A stretch of 64,000 bases of DNA, taken from assembly GCA_050613775.1 (NCBI GenBank), contig JBODTK010000016.1, positions 868,001 to 932,000 on the forward strand, read 5' to 3'. This DNA is from Neocallimastix sp. 'constans'. Its lineage: Eukaryota. Below the pieces are notes generated by a model. That model had not been told where the DNA came from and did no database searches. It saw only the letters and a program-made list of their open reading frames with translations. Positions 62,509 through 64,000 of the stretch are shown one piece after another. Each line of letters begins with the position of its first letter. Within the stretch, counting starts at the first letter, position 1. A program made the position numbers and the translations under genes.

Positions 62509-64000
62509 TGAAATATGTATGATATCAGTAAATCATAGAGTCTTACACATTAGATTATCCAAAAAAGGTCAGTCCTAAAAGTCCTACAAACATATGTATT
62601 TCAAAAAGATATTTTTTCCAAAAAAAAAATTGTATCCAAAAACAAAGTGGAACCAAAAAAACAAGGTAGAAACCAAAAAAAAAACAAGGTAGAAACCAAA
62701 AATTGTATTCCAAAAAAAGATTCATTCCAAAAAAAAAAAGATTGTATCCATAAAAATGTAGAAACTAAAAAAGTTGAAAACCATAATATATATGATAACA
62801 GAAAATTATAAAGGCTGAATCCTAATAAATTGAAGTATCCAAAAAAATTTGGTCCTAAAAATCCTTAAAAAATTTTATTCCAAAAAAAAATATTTATTCC
62901 TATAAAAGATTGTATCCAAAAGTTGTATCCAAAAAAAAGGTATTAACCAAAAATATTATGATCAGAAAATCATAAATAGGTCATAAATTTTTGAATAACA
63001 AAAGAATTCAATTGATATTATATCCAGAAAATCATAAATAGGTTAAAAATCTTCGAATACCAATAGAAATCAATTGATATTGTATCCATAGTATAATATG
63101 GAAGCCTATTCAATTAATTAATAACCTATATACAATATAATAATGTATAATAAATTAAAATATATTTCATGTAATTGCATAAATATATAAATTTATTTAT
63201 ATATTAAATTATGAATATTCTTTTTAAAAAACAAAAAATAAAATAAAATAAAATAATATAAAAAAACAAAAATCTTATATATAAATATATAAATCTAACA
63301 TTAAATATTTATATAATTTTTATATCAATAATTTTAAATACAATTACAAAAAAATAAATAATATATATATAATATGTTTATTTATAAAATGGATAAACAT
63401 TGGATAAACATTAAAGAATATTAAAATATAATAAAATATAATATAATAAATTACAAAAATATAAATATATATATAAAATAAATGTTCTATATGTTGTAAT
63501 ATATATAAGCAATATATCTAGGTATAATTGGTAAAATATAATTCGATATATAAATGTAGAAAATATGAATCCTATTTTCATGAAATTGTTTTTTCTTTTA
63601 TTATCCCTAAATCACAACTACTTTTAACGTTCTTCAAATATATCTTAAACCCAAAAGCCATTTTGACTATATTCGTTATTTAATTCTGTTTCTATATTTT
63701 TTTGACTCATCTTCCAACTGAACCAAGAATTTCTATTTCGATATTTATTAAATAAAATTACAAAAATATCTAATATAATATATATTATAATACTTATTAA
63801 TGGCCATTAGTATTAGTTCTCTTAAACCCTAAAGCCTTTCTAATGATACTCGTTATTCATTTTTTTTTTTTTTTTTATTTTGTCCCATCATCCATCAAAT
63901 TAACTGGAAATTCCTATTTTCCATATCAATTAGCAGAATTATAATTTCCCAAGTCAGAAAATTTTGCCTAATTATTCCATCACTTCTGAATTCACAACTT

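Noticed and set aside
61829..62578. (VETKIK)n and (LVSTLI)n ORFs
   Set aside because: By-products of an 18-bp satellite; flanking units have frame-breaking A-run changes.
63590..64000. Two diverged coding-like repeats at the window end
   Set aside because: Interrupted by stops and cut by the window edge; cannot be assigned.

Overview
Extremely AT-rich, intron-containing eukaryotic DNA. It is most consistent with an anaerobic gut fungus (Neocallimastigomycota); this is an inference, and a dictyostelid is a less likely alternative. Positions 1-33.8 kb are almost entirely Ty3/Gypsy LTR retrotransposons. (A) A head-to-tail array of a chromodomain-bearing element (period about 6981 bp, single gag-pol ORF, shared LTRs with TT...AA termini). 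(B) A stack of two probable solo LTRs and two intact, -1 frameshifting elements, all bounded by the same 4-bp CATT duplication, which lies 12-15 bp upstream of a tRNA-Thr(CGT) gene. The main novelty is a large structured RNA with covarying stems and conserved loop/junction sequences, shared by the 5' leaders of two otherwise dissimilar elements; I cannot assign it to a known RNA family. Positions 34-64 kb hold four spliced host genes (TPR plus metallo-beta-lactamase; a secreted transglutaminase-like protein with micro-exons; a Q/P-rich membrane protein; a Cys-rich membrane protein), a SINE and a MITE inserted at one site, another MITE, and many tandem repeats. All alignments and folds were done by eye.
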